A DNA stretch of 64,000 nt from Acidimicrobiia bacterium. Lineage in GTDB: Bacteria; Actinomycetota; Acidimicrobiia; Acidimicrobiales; VFJN01. How positions within the stretch are numbered: position 1 is the stretch's first letter; each line of letters opens with the position of its first letter. Below the pieces are notes generated by a model that was not told the origin of the DNA, searched no databases, and saw only the letters and a program-made list of their open reading frames with translations. The position numbers were made by a program, and so were the translations under genes. Shown here piece by piece: positions 48,730 through 59,963 of the stretch. The DNA lies in assembly GCA_046537875.1 (NCBI GenBank), contig JBKHJZ010000002.1, forward strand, positions 50 to 64,049. The letters are read 5' to 3'.

Positions 48730-50288
48730 TGGAACACCTCCTGCTGGCCCTCGGGCATGTTCTCCTGGGAGTAGCGCTCGCCGTTGTCGACGTAGGTCCC
48801 CGGCGCGCCGTTGAACGGGGAGATGGCGTCCGGGTCCCACCAGAGCACCCGGGCGTCCGTGATGGGTGTGTAGTGCCCCGGCGAGAAGTCCCACGTGCCG
48901 GCCGTACCGGTTCCGGGGCCGTACGAGAACAGGCCGGTCTCGAACGTCTCCGGCGTCAGCTCGGGCCCGGCCATCTGAACTCCGAGCGCCAGGATCAGGA
49001 GCTGCTGGAAGATGATGTCGATGAGCTGCGACGGCTCGTCGTCGCGGACCGACCGGTAGGCCTGGTACGCGACGTTCGTGTCGGGCGGATCCTGCGCCGC
49101 CGACGGGCTCACGCCGAACGCTCGCTGCCACTGCTCGGGCGCGTTGGCGGCGATGATCTGGCCACCGAGGTCGAGGTCGATGAACCCGACACCCGCGATG
49201 AGCCACTCCGGGTGATAGTTCTGGGCCTCGGCCTCCTGGGCCATGTACATCTGCATGATCGGGTCGCAGGCGCAGGACACCGACGTGATGCCCTCGCTCT
49301 TGATCCTCGACAGCAGGCCGGACGCCTGTGTCGGCATCGTGGCGACGTCGATGCTGTAGTCGAGGCGGAGGGCGAGCTCGTTGCCCTCGGCAGCCAGCCC
49401 CTCCTCGAAGGTGTCGACGCACCGCTGGTACTCGACGTTGTTGGGGGCGATCACCGCCAGCGTGCGCTCCTCGTCCGCCAGGTCCGGTCCGGCGTAGTCC
49501 GCGGGATAGCCGAGGACCTGCTGGTTGGCCGCCAGCGAGGTGGCCTCCGCCGTCACGGTGCAATCGGGGAAGTTGCTCCAGGCGTACGGCCGCCGTTGTT
49601 CGAACCACTCGCGCGACATGTAGGGCGCCCCGATCGCGATGACCTCGTTGCGGGCCAGCGCGTCGGCGTACGGCTGGGTCAGCCCCGTCACATCGGCGAA
49701 GGCACCGATCTCGTTCGCCACCCTGATGCTGTCGTTGGTGGCGGCGTCCTGCCCGGCGCCGAGGAACTCGTCGATCATCTGACCCCGGCCGTCGTAGGTG
49801 ACGAGCTCGATGCGGCGGCCGTAGAGCTCGAAGTTCTGGTTGATCCACTCGACGAGCGCCTCGGCGGTGCGCGCCATGTCCTGGTTGGTCTCACCCAGAT
49901 CGATGTTCCCGAAGGTGCCGAGCAGGTAGAGGATGAAGGGGTCGGGCGTGATCCGGTACGCGACCTTGATGGTGTCCCCGGTGACACCGGGGGCCGTGGC
50001 CCCGCCGTTGTCGCCGGAGAACTGGAAGCAGGGCGGCGAGTAACCGAAGCCCTCGACCTGCTCGCTGCGATCCTCGCACGCCTCGACGGTCTCACCCCAT
50101 CCCGTGGCCGGCCGGCCGGACTCGACCTCGGTCGCCTCGCTCTGGTCGCCGGCGGCGACGTCGTCGGGCACTCGGCTGGGCACGACGGCCACCATCGCCA
50201 CGAGCGCCACGACGATCACCGCCAGCGGTGCATAGCCCCGCAGGAGCCGGTTCTGGGCCCCACGCAGGCGTTGCGAATCCCCCGTCAT
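48726..50288 (-). CDS. ABC transporter substrate-binding protein (paralogue of 20017..21696)
   Basis: The ATG at 50286..50288 is preceded by GAGAGGGGAG. It has an N-terminal TM/signal segment (APLAVIVVALVAMVAVV) and DNGGATAPGVTGDTIKV, shared with the first binding protein. Confidence 0.75.
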   Translation of the reverse strand: MTGDSQRLRGAQNRLLRGYAPLAVIVVALVAMVAVVPSRVPDDVAAGDQSEATEVESGRPATGWGETVEACEDRSEQVEGFGYSPPCFQFSGDNGGATAPGVTGDTIKVAYRITPDPFILYLLGTFGNIDLGETNQDMARTAEALVEWINQNFELYGRRIELVTYDGRGQMIDEFLGAGQDAATNDSIRVANEIGAFADVTGLTQPYADALARNEVIAIGAPYMSREWFEQRRPYAWSNFPDCTVTAEATSLAANQQVLGYPADYAGPDLADEERTLAVIAPNNVEYQRCVDTFEEGLAAEGNELALRLDYSIDVATMPTQASGLLSRIKSEGITSVSCACDPIMQMYMAQEAEAQNYHPEWLIAGVGFIDLDLGGQIIAANAPEQWQRAFGVSPSAAQDPPDTNVAYQAYRSVRDDEPSQLIDIIFQQLLILALGVQMAGPELTPETFETGLFSYGPGTGTAGTWDFSPGHYTPITDARVLWWDPDAISPFNGAPGTYVDNGERYSQENMPEGQQEVFQ

Positions 50289-50372
50289 GCACGCTCCCCT
50301 CTCGGAGCAACCCCCTGTGCCCCGATCATTGCAGCTCGACTGGCAACAATAGCCGTCGTCGAGGGGGCGGTC

Positions 50373-51209
50373 GTGCGCCCGGCCCTCGCCGCCGGTCGAC
50401 GGGGCGGTAGCGTCCTCGCGGTGCAGCACGACACGCAACCCGCCGGTGCGGCCACGCCGCCGTTCGAGGGCATCGGCGTGGCGCTCGTCACCCTGTTCGA
50501 TGCCGACGGCGGCCTGGATGCGCCGGCGACCGCAGCGCATGCGGCGCGGCTGGTCGACGAGGGTGTCCGGGCCGTGGTGGTGGCGGGGTCCACCGGCGAG
50601 GCGGCGGCGCTCGACGACGACGAGCGGTCCGCCCTGCTGGCCGCCGTGCGCGACGCGATCGGCGGGAGCGTCCCCGTGATCGCCGGCACCGGCGCACCTT
50701 CGGCCCGCCAGGCGTGCGCGCTCTCGCGCCGTGCCGCCGACGGGGGCGCCGACGCGCTGCTGGTGTTGTCGCCCCCGGGTGCCGCCGACCCCCGGCCGTA
50801 CTACGACGCCGTCGCGGGCTGCGTCGACGTGCCGGTGCTCGCCTACCACTTCCCCACCATGTCGCCGCCCGGCATCCCCGTGGACGTGCTGAGCGAGCTC
50901 CCGGTCGCAGGGCTGAAGGACTCCACCGGCGACCCCGCCCGGCTGGCCCTCGAGATCGACGAGCTCCCCGTCGTCTACACGGGCAGCGCATCGGTGCTGC
51001 TGCAGGCGGCGGCGATGGGCTGCACCGGGGCCATCCTGGCGCTCGCCAACGTCGACCCGGCCGGCTGCGCGCTCGCATGGCGGGGCGACGGCCGCTGCCA
51101 GCGGGAACTGGTGAGCGGCCATCGGCCGGGTGCAGGCTCGGGGATCGCCGGGCTGAAGAGGAGCATGCACGCCGTGCACGGCACCTCACCCGTCACCCGC
51201 ATCGGCTGA
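50373..51209 (+). CDS. DapA/NAL-family class I aldolase paralogue (not a canonical DHDPS)
   Basis: GSTGEAAAL, PYYDAV and the Schiff-base lysine context AGLKDSTGD. The position of the DapA PSRTG motif reads YHFPTMSPPG, with no Arg. The start is uncertain: GTG at 50373 (preceded by GAGGGGG) or GTG at 50421. Confidence 0.65.
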   Translation: MRPALAAGRRGGSVLAVQHDTQPAGAATPPFEGIGVALVTLFDADGGLDAPATAAHAARLVDEGVRAVVVAGSTGEAAALDDDERSALLAAVRDAIGGSVPVIAGTGAPSARQACALSRRAADGGADALLVLSPPGAADPRPYYDAVAGCVDVPVLAYHFPTMSPPGIPVDVLSELPVAGLKDSTGDPARLALEIDELPVVYTGSASVLLQAAAMGCTGAILALANVDPAGCALAWRGDGRCQRELVSGHRPGAGSGIAGLKRSMHAVHGTSPVTRIG

Positions 51210-51260
51210 GCCGTCGGCGGGACCGGCCGGAGACGTCGCAGGGCGCCTCGTGCAGCGCGG

Positions 51261-52799
51261 TCAGCCGGCGAAGCGCTGCTGCAGCTCGAACTTGAGGATC
51301 TTGCCCGACGGGTTGCGGGGAAGGGCGTCCGCGATCTCGAGCTGCTCGGGCAGCTTCCGGGTGGTCAGGCCCGCGCCGAGCAGGTGTGCCGAGACGTCCT
51401 CCATGGTGACGGGCTCCTCACCCTCGGCGGGCACGACGACCGCACAGACCCGCTCGCCGCGCTCGACATCGGGCAGGCCGATGACGGCCACGTCGCCGAC
51501 CCTCGGGTGGGTGAACAGCAGGTCCTCGATCTCCTTCGCCGAGACGTTCTCGCCCTTGCGGATGATCACGTCCTTGAGGCGCCCGGTGATCGTGAGGTTG
51601 CCCTCGGCGTCGAGCATGCCGAGGTCACCGGTGCGGAACCAGCCGTCCTCGTCGAAGGCCTCCGCGTCCAGCCCCGGATCGGTGTAGCCGACCGTGACCT
51701 GGGGGCCCTTGGCCCGCACCTCACCGGTCTCCGCCACCCCGGCCTCCTTGCCGTCGAGGGTGACGAGCCGCAGCGTCGTGCCCCGGACCGCCGGACCCTC
51801 GGTCTCCGCCAGCACCCTGTCGGGCGCGTCCCGGTGATTCATGGTGAGGATCGGGGCCTCGGTGAGCCCGTAGCCCGACACCACCCCGACGCCGAACGCA
51901 GCGACCAGCTCGTGGTGCAGGCTGGGCGGCTTGGGTGCGCCGCCACCGGGGAACGTCCGCACGTGCGGGAACAGCTTCTCACCCTCCGGCAGGGCCTGCT
52001 GGGCCCGAAGGTACACCTGGTGGAAGTACGTGCCCGCCCCCGCCTGGGTCACGCCCTCCCGGCGCAGCAGGTCGATGGTGCTCGAGGGGTCGAACGCCTC
52101 GTCGAGGATGAAGGTCAGGCCGTACGCCAGGGCGGCGTAGATGTAGACGCCGCCCGCGACGTGCGTGATCGGGAACACGAAGGCGAACCGGTCGTCCTCG
52201 GCGAGGCCGAGCCTCTCCGACATGCCCAGCGACGCGCCGCGCAGCGTGCGGTCGCCGTGGCGGGCGCCCTTGGGGTCGGCCGTCGTCCCCGAGGTGTGGT
52301 AGATGAACCGGACCGGAACCCGGTCGCCGTCCATGTCGTCGTCGGGCGGCGGCGGCAGGGTCGACGGGTCGCCCTCGGGCAGCGACCGGTCGCTCACCAG
52401 CACCTCGGTGCCGGAGCCCTGGGTGAGCGCGCGCGCCATCGCCTCGTAGTCGAAGCCCCGCCACACCGACGGGACGACGAGCGCCCGGGGCTCGACCTGG
52501 CGCACGATGAACCCCACCTCGCGCTCCCGGTAGATGGGGAGGACGGGGTTCTGGACGGCCCCCAGGCGCCGCAGCCCGCCGAACAGCACCATCGCCTCGA
52601 TCGTGGTCGGCTGCACCCACGACACCACGTCGTCCGCCCGGACGCCGGCCGCGGCGAACCCGGCGGCCGCCCGCTCGCAGCGCTCGCGGTACTCGCCGAA
52701 CGTGAGCCGGCGGCCGGTCTCGTCGACCGCCATCTCCCGCCCGGGCGTCGCCTCGGCCCGCGCCACGATCAGGTCCCAGATGTTGCGTGCCTCGAGCAT
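51261..52799 (-). CDS. AMP-dependent synthetase/ligase (acyl-CoA synthetase family)
   Basis: FIYHTSGTTADPKGARH and TGDLGMLDAEGNLTITGRLKDVIIRKGENVS. The ATG at 52797..52799 is preceded by GAGGAGGGGG. Confidence 0.85.
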   Translation of the reverse strand: MLEARNIWDLIVARAEATPGREMAVDETGRRLTFGEYRERCERAAAGFAAAGVRADDVVSWVQPTTIEAMVLFGGLRRLGAVQNPVLPIYREREVGFIVRQVEPRALVVPSVWRGFDYEAMARALTQGSGTEVLVSDRSLPEGDPSTLPPPPDDDMDGDRVPVRFIYHTSGTTADPKGARHGDRTLRGASLGMSERLGLAEDDRFAFVFPITHVAGGVYIYAALAYGLTFILDEAFDPSSTIDLLRREGVTQAGAGTYFHQVYLRAQQALPEGEKLFPHVRTFPGGGAPKPPSLHHELVAAFGVGVVSGYGLTEAPILTMNHRDAPDRVLAETEGPAVRGTTLRLVTLDGKEAGVAETGEVRAKGPQVTVGYTDPGLDAEAFDEDGWFRTGDLGMLDAEGNLTITGRLKDVIIRKGENVSAKEIEDLLFTHPRVGDVAVIGLPDVERGERVCAVVVPAEGEEPVTMEDVSAHLLGAGLTTRKLPEQLEIADALPRNPSGKILKFELQQRFAG

Positions 52800-52933
52800 G
52801 GCCGTGGACCCCCTCCTCGACACGGGCAGGCCGGTGGCCCGCACAACCCCTGACGACGCGTCAGATTAGGTGACGCGACGCGGCGACGCGGCGGTGCCGC
52901 ACCGGACACGGGCGCACGGGGCTCACCCGCCGA

Positions 52934-53725
52934 TCAAAGCCCGAGGAGGGCGTCGAGGCCGACGGTGAGGCCCGGGCGGTCGCCGACCTGCTTCACCGCC
53001 AGCAGCACACCGGGCATGAAGCTGGAGCGGTCGTAGCTGTCGTGGCGGATCGTGAGCGACTGACCCGTGGTGCCGAACAGCACCTCCTGGTGCGCGATGA
53101 GGCCGCGCAGGCGGACCGAGTGGACGGGGATCCCCGCAGGACCCGTCGCCCCCCGCGCTCCTGCCAGCAGCTCCTTCTCGGTCGGGTCGGGGCTCCAGTC
53201 CTGCGACGCGTTGGCCATCCGCTGGGCGGTCAGCATCGCGGTGCCCGACGGTGCGTCGACCTTCTGGTCGTGGTGCAGCTCGATCACCTCGCCGGTCTCG
53301 AAGTACGGCGCCGCCAGCTCGGCGAACCGCATCATCAGCACCGCGCCGATCGCGAAGTTCGGGGCGATGATGCAGTTGCTGCGGGTGAACGCCTCGCGGA
53401 AGCGCGCGTAGTCGTCCGCATCGAATCCCGTGGTGCCGACCACCGCGTGGACGCCGTTGTCGCTGGCCCACATCAGGTTCTCGCGCGAGGCGTCGAGGAA
53501 CGTGAAGTCCACCATCACGTCGACCCGTTGCGCGAGCAGCGTCGTCGGGTCGCGGTCGACGTGCAGCCCGGGGACGTCGACGCCGGTGACCTGCTTGACG
53601 TCGAGCCCCGCGTGGTGGGGGTCGACCGCACCGACCAGGTCGAGGTCGGGGTCGGCGGCAACGGCGGCGCAGACGGTGCTCCCCATCCGGCCCCCGGCAC
53701 CGAAGACTCCCACCTGGATCGTCAT
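52934..53725 (-). CDS. dapB: 4-hydroxy-tetrahydrodipicolinate reductase
   Basis: MTIQVGVFGAGGRMG (Rossmann fold), APNFAIGAVLM, and ELHHDQKVDAPSGTA. The ATG is at 53723..53725. Confidence 0.9.
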   Translation of the reverse strand: MTIQVGVFGAGGRMGSTVCAAVAADPDLDLVGAVDPHHAGLDVKQVTGVDVPGLHVDRDPTTLLAQRVDVMVDFTFLDASRENLMWASDNGVHAVVGTTGFDADDYARFREAFTRSNCIIAPNFAIGAVLMMRFAELAAPYFETGEVIELHHDQKVDAPSGTAMLTAQRMANASQDWSPDPTEKELLAGARGATGPAGIPVHSVRLRGLIAHQEVLFGTTGQSLTIRHDSYDRSSFMPGVLLAVKQVGDRPGLTVGLDALLGL

Positions 53726-53831
53726 GCAGCCGAAATGTAGTGCGCTGCGGCCGGCCCGATCGTTAGCCTCACCGGCGATGAAGTGACACGTCCGCACCAG
53801 CGTCCCGCCAACTCCACGTCTCTGGAGCGCC

Positions 53832-55538
<1,707 letters not shown>

Positions 55539-55543
55539 GCTGG

Positions 55544-56809
55544 TCAGGCCAGACCGACCTCGGTCGGGTCGACCGGCCCGATCAACGCCGCCGAGCGGCG
55601 ACCGCCGAACACCCGGGCCGCGACCTCGGCCACGTCGGCGGCGGTGACCGCACGGATCCGCGCCAGCTGCTCGTCCACCGGGATGATCTCGTCCCGGGCC
55701 ATCAGGCCGCGACCGAGCCGGGCCATGCGCGACGCCGAGTCCTCCAGTGCGAGCAGCGTCGATCCCTCGAGGAACCCCTTGGCCACCCTCAGCTCGGCCT
55801 CGGTGGCGCCCGTGGCCACCAGCTTGTCGATCTCGTCGTCGATCACCGACACCAGCTCGCCCACCCGCGAGGGGGCCGTGCCGGCGTAGATGCCGGCGGT
55901 GCCGGAGTCGGCATAGGTCGACACCCAGGAGTACACCGAGTAGCAGAGGCCCCGCTCCTCGCGCACCTCCTGGAACAGCCGGCTCGACATCCCACCGCCG
56001 AGGATCTGGTTGGCGACGGCGAAGGCGTAGCGGTCCTCGTCCCAGTGGTCGACGCCCCGCCACCCGAGGGCCAGGTGCACCTGCTCGGTCCGGTCGGCGA
56101 GCGCCGACAGCGGCGCCGGCGGGGCGGCGGGCGCCCGTCGCTCGGGCCGGCGGCCGCCGCCCAGATGCCCGAGCACGGCGTCGAACGCTGCGGCGAGACC
56201 GTCGTGGTCCAGGTCGCCCGCCGCCACCACGGCGAGGTTGCGGGGCAGGTACCAGGCGCCGAAGAAGGCCGCGATCTGGTCGCGGGTGACCGCCTCGACG
56301 GTGGCGCGCGTGCCGAGGACCTCACGACCCAGCGGGTGGCCGGGGAAGAGCGTCTCGGCGAGCAGTGCGTGCACGTGATCCTCGGGCATGTCCAGGTTCA
56401 TGAGGATCTCTTCGAGGATCACCTGGCGCTCGGCGTCGACCTCGCGCGGCCGGAACGCGGGATCGGTGAGGACGTCGCCGAGGACCTCGACGCCGACGTC
56501 CACCGCAGCTGCGGGGAGCCGCGTGTAGTACGCGGTGTGCTCGCGGCTCGTGAAGGCGTTCATCTCCCCGCCGACCGCGTCGACCGCCTCGGCGATCTCC
56601 CGCGCCGAGCGACTGGACGTGCCCTTGAAGAGCAGGTGCTCCAGGAAGTGGGACGCGCCCGCGATCTCCGCCGGTTCGTCGCGCCCGCCCACGTCGACCC
56701 AGACGCCCAGGCTCACCGACCGCGCCTCGGGCATGCGCTCGGTGACCAGGCGGATGCCGTTGGCCAGTCGGGTGTCCCGGATGTGGTCGGTGCCGGAGGG
56801 GGACGCCAC
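55544..56809 (-). CDS. M16 family (pitrilysin/insulinase-like) zinc peptidase
   Basis: Inverted zinc motif HFLEHLLFKGT. 421 aa. It lies in the conserved position downstream of pnp. Confidence 0.85.
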   Translation of the reverse strand: MASPSGTDHIRDTRLANGIRLVTERMPEARSVSLGVWVDVGGRDEPAEIAGASHFLEHLLFKGTSSRSAREIAEAVDAVGGEMNAFTSREHTAYYTRLPAAAVDVGVEVLGDVLTDPAFRPREVDAERQVILEEILMNLDMPEDHVHALLAETLFPGHPLGREVLGTRATVEAVTRDQIAAFFGAWYLPRNLAVVAAGDLDHDGLAAAFDAVLGHLGGGRRPERRAPAAPPAPLSALADRTEQVHLALGWRGVDHWDEDRYAFAVANQILGGGMSSRLFQEVREERGLCYSVYSWVSTYADSGTAGIYAGTAPSRVGELVSVIDDEIDKLVATGATEAELRVAKGFLEGSTLLALEDSASRMARLGRGLMARDEIIPVDEQLARIRAVTAADVAEVAARVFGGRRSAALIGPVDPTEVGLA

Positions 56810-56874
56810 GTCGCTCGTTTCGCTGTGGGCAGGTCAGCGCGGTCGGTGCGCCGGTGGGCGGGCGCCGCAGGCCA

Positions 56875-59259
56875 TCAGCGACGCCGGCGGCCGCGGCCGC
56901 CACGGTCGCTGCGACGCCCCTCGCCACTGGTCGCGACCGCGGTCGCGGGGCCGAGGTCACCCAGCTCGCCGCTGAGCTCGGCGTCGAAGGCGTCCTCGAA
57001 CGACACCGTCTCGCTGGCCGACGACCCGCCGCCGTCGCGACGCCCGTCGCCGCGCGCTCGGCCGCCGGCCTCGGCACCGGCCTTCGGCTCGGGCGCCGAC
57101 GCCAGGCTGAGCGACACCTTGCCGTTGGGGTCGATGTCGTCGACGCGCACCTCGACCTCGTCACCGAGGTCGAGCACGTCCTCGACCTTGTCGATGCGCT
57201 TGCCGCCCCCGATCTTCGAGATGTGCAGCAGCCCGTCGCGCCCGGGGAGGATGTTGACGAACGCACCGAACTTGGTGATGTTCACCACCCTGCCCTGGTA
57301 GGTCTGGCCCACCTCTGCCGTCGGCGGGTTGAGGATCAGGTTGATCTGGCGCCGGGCCTCCTCGACGACACCCTTGTCGCTGGACCCGATGGTCACCGTG
57401 CCGACGATGCCGTCGTCGTCGACGCTCACGTCGGCGCCGGTCTCGGTGGTGATCGCGTTGATCACCTTGCCCTTGGGGCCGATCACCTCGCCGATCTTGT
57501 CGATCGGGATCTCGAAGCTGACGATCTTGGGGGCGGTCTCGCCCACCTCGGGACGTGGCTCGGCGATCGCCCCGGCCATGACCTCGAGGATCTCGACGCG
57601 GGCGTCGTACGCCTGCTGCAGGGCACGAGCCAGCACGTTGGCCGGGAGACCGTCGATCTTGGTGTCGAGCTGGAGCGCGGTCACGAAGTCCTCGGTGCCT
57701 GCGACCTTGAAGTCCATGTCGCCGAACGCGTCCTCGGCCCCGAGGATGTCGGTGAGGGTCGTGTACGCGCCGTCGTCGTGGATCAGGCCCATCGCGATCC
57801 CGGCGACCGGGGCCTTGACCGGCACGCCGGCGTCCATCAACGACAGCGTCGACGCGCACACCGACGCCATCGAGGTGGAGCCGTTCGACGACAGCACCTC
57901 GGACACGAGGCGCAGGGTGTAGGGGAACTCGTCGGAGTCGGGGACCACGGGGAGCAGCGCCCGCTCCGCGAGCAGGCCGTGGCCGACCTCCCGGCGCTTC
58001 GGCGACCCCACCCGGCCGGTCTCGCCGTTGGCGTGGGGCGGCATGTTGTAGTGGTGCATGTAGCGCTTGCGCTCGCGGTTGCCGAGGTTGTCGAGGAGCT
58101 GGTCCATCTTCGGCATGCCCAGGGTCGTCACGTTGAGCACCTGGGTCTCGCCCCGCTGGAACAGCCCCGATCCGTGGGCCGTGGGGACGACGCCCACCTC
58201 GGCCGACAGCGGCCGCAGGTCGGTCGTGCCGCGGCCGTCGATGCGCACGCCCTCGTCCAGGATGCGCCGGCGGATCAGCTTCTTCTGCAGCGCCCTGGCG
58301 GCTGACCTGATCTCGCTCTCGCGCTCGGGGAGCTCGCCGGCCAACTCGCTCACGATCGCGGCGACCGCCTCGTCGGTCGCGGCGTTGCGCTGGGCCTTGG
58401 TGGTGATGCGCGACGCCTCGGCCAGCCGGTCGGTCCCCACCGCCTCGACGCGCTCGTACACGTCGTCGCCGTAGTCGATCCGGGGCTCCCACTCGAGCGG
58501 GGTGATCGTCCCGGCCGCCTTGGCGGCGTCGACCAGCTCTCGCTGGGCCTCGATCGACTCCCGGATCCAGGTCTTCGACGCCTCGATCCCACCGGCGATC
58601 ACCTCTTCGGTGGCGAACGGCGTGCCGCCCTGGTAGAGGGACCACGCCTGCTCGGTGCCCCCCGCCTCGACCATCATGATCGCGATGTCGCCGTCGTCGA
58701 GCTGCCGACCGGCGACGACCAGCTCGAACGTCGCGTCGTCGATCTGTTCGTAGGTGGGGTGGGGCACCCAGGTGCCCTCCGACGACCAGGCGACGCGAAC
58801 GGCGCCGATCGGCCCCTCGAACGGCATGCCCGAGAGCATGAGCGCCGCCGATGCGCCGTTGATCGACAGCACGTCGTAGGGGTTCTGGCCGTCGGCACCC
58901 ATGACGGTGACGACCACCTGGGTCTCGTTCCGGTAGCCGTCGGCGAAGCTCGGCCGCAGGGGGCGGTCGATGAGCCGGCAGGTGAGGATGGCGAGGTCGG
59001 TGGGACGCCCCTCACGCCGGAAGAAGCTTCCGGGGATGCGCCCGGCCGCGTACATGCGCTCCTCGACGTCCACGGTGAGCGGGAAGAAGTCGATGCCCTC
59101 CCGCACCGACCGGGCGCCGTTGGCGGTGACCAGCACGCACGTGCGGCCCAGCGTCGCCACGACCGCTCCCTGGCTCTGGATCGCCAGCTTGCCGGTCTCG
59201 AAGCCGAGGGTCGTGTCGGCGCCCGATACGGGGGCCGACACCGCGATGGGATCTGCCAT
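56875..59259 (-). CDS. pnp: polyribonucleotide nucleotidyltransferase (PNPase)
   Basis: Two RNase PH domains (FFRREGRPT...), then KH and S1 domains ([15 protein letters not shown]), then an Arg/Gly-rich C-terminal tail. The ATG is preceded by GGAAGGAGA. Confidence 0.95.
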   Translation of the reverse strand: MADPIAVSAPVSGADTTLGFETGKLAIQSQGAVVATLGRTCVLVTANGARSVREGIDFFPLTVDVEERMYAAGRIPGSFFRREGRPTDLAILTCRLIDRPLRPSFADGYRNETQVVVTVMGADGQNPYDVLSINGASAALMLSGMPFEGPIGAVRVAWSSEGTWVPHPTYEQIDDATFELVVAGRQLDDGDIAIMMVEAGGTEQAWSLYQGGTPFATEEVIAGGIEASKTWIRESIEAQRELVDAAKAAGTITPLEWEPRIDYGDDVYERVEAVGTDRLAEASRITTKAQRNAATDEAVAAIVSELAGELPERESEIRSAARALQKKLIRRRILDEGVRIDGRGTTDLRPLSAEVGVVPTAHGSGLFQRGETQVLNVTTLGMPKMDQLLDNLGNRERKRYMHHYNMPPHANGETGRVGSPKRREVGHGLLAERALLPVVPDSDEFPYTLRLVSEVLSSNGSTSMASVCASTLSLMDAGVPVKAPVAGIAMGLIHDDGAYTTLTDILGAEDAFGDMDFKVAGTEDFVTALQLDTKIDGLPANVLARALQQAYDARVEILEVMAGAIAEPRPEVGETAPKIVSFEIPIDKIGEVIGPKGKVINAITTETGADVSVDDDGIVGTVTIGSSDKGVVEEARRQINLILNPPTAEVGQTYQGRVVNITKFGAFVNILPGRDGLLHISKIGGGKRIDKVEDVLDLGDEVEVRVDDIDPNGKVSLSLASAPEPKAGAEAGGRARGDGRRDGGGSSASETVSFEDAFDAELSGELGDLGPATAVATSGEGRRSDRGGRGRRRR

Positions 59260-59440
59260 CTGTCGCTATCTCCTTCCCGGCGGCCCTGCCGCCGGTGTCG
59301 GGCAGCGTGGCCAGTTCCCAGTCGGCGAACCCCCGGGGCATCCCGGGAGCGGGCGACTGGCAGCTGACCGCCGGCTGCCGTTGTGTTCCACCGGCCGGAT
59401 CGGCCGGCCGGTCTCGATTCCTGGTACCAGTATGCGCCAA

Positions 59441-59462
59441 GAGCGGCCCTGTGAGGCCGCTC
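59441..59462 (-). terminator. hairpin downstream of rpsO (attenuator/terminator candidate in the pnp leader)
   Basis: GAGCGGCC-6 nt loop-GGCCGCTC is a perfect 8-bp stem about 30 nt after the rpsO stop. Only a short TT follows on the coding strand. Confidence 0.4.
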
Positions 59463-59492
59463 GGACGCGGACGGTGAGTTTCACCGGCGCCC

Positions 59493-59765
59493 TCAGCGGC
59501 GCAGGCGGTTCGTCGCGACGATCTCGCGGTAGCGCTCGATGTCGTTGGCCTTGACGTAGTCGAGGAGCCGACGCCGCCGGCCCACCAGCTTCAGCAGGCC
59601 CCGCCGGCTGTGGTGGTCCTTCTTGTGCGTGGTGAGGTGCCGGTTGAGGTGCTCGATGCGCGCCGTGAGCAGCGCCACCTGCACCTCCGGCGACCCGGTG
59701 TCGGAGTCGTGGAGCTTGTGCTCGGCGATGATGTCGGGCTTCGCGGCGTCGAACTCGTCTGACAC
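59493..59765 (-). CDS. rpsO: 30S ribosomal protein S15
   Basis: ...[48 protein letters not shown]... 90 codons from the GTG at 59763..59765, which is preceded by GAAGGAAG. Confidence 0.95.
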   Translation of the reverse strand: MSDEFDAAKPDIIAEHKLHDSDTGSPEVQVALLTARIEHLNRHLTTHKKDHHSRRGLLKLVGRRRRLLDYVKANDIERYREIVATNRLRR

Positions 59766-59963
59766 GTGCTTCCTTCTCGTACGGGTGACTGCGTGCCCTG
59801 CCCGGAGCCGGCCGGGGCCGCACGGCACAGGGGCCCGCCCCCACCGCCCGGTGATCGGGCCGGCTGCGTGCCGGGTGGGCAGGCGCAACCGCGGCCGTCC
59901 GTGCCCGGCTCGGGGCGACAACGCAGCCTACCAGGGGCGCCGCCCACGGTGACAGACGGGCGG

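Noticed and set aside
50289-50372. AT-richer patch ATTGTTGCCAGTCGAGCTGCAATGAT in the divergent region between binding protein 2 and the DapA-like gene, considered as an operator palindrome or promoter.
   Set aside because: Only partial dyad symmetry is present (TTGC...GCAA). No hexamer pair has acceptable spacing. It is too weak to report as a feature without transcription start site or binding data.
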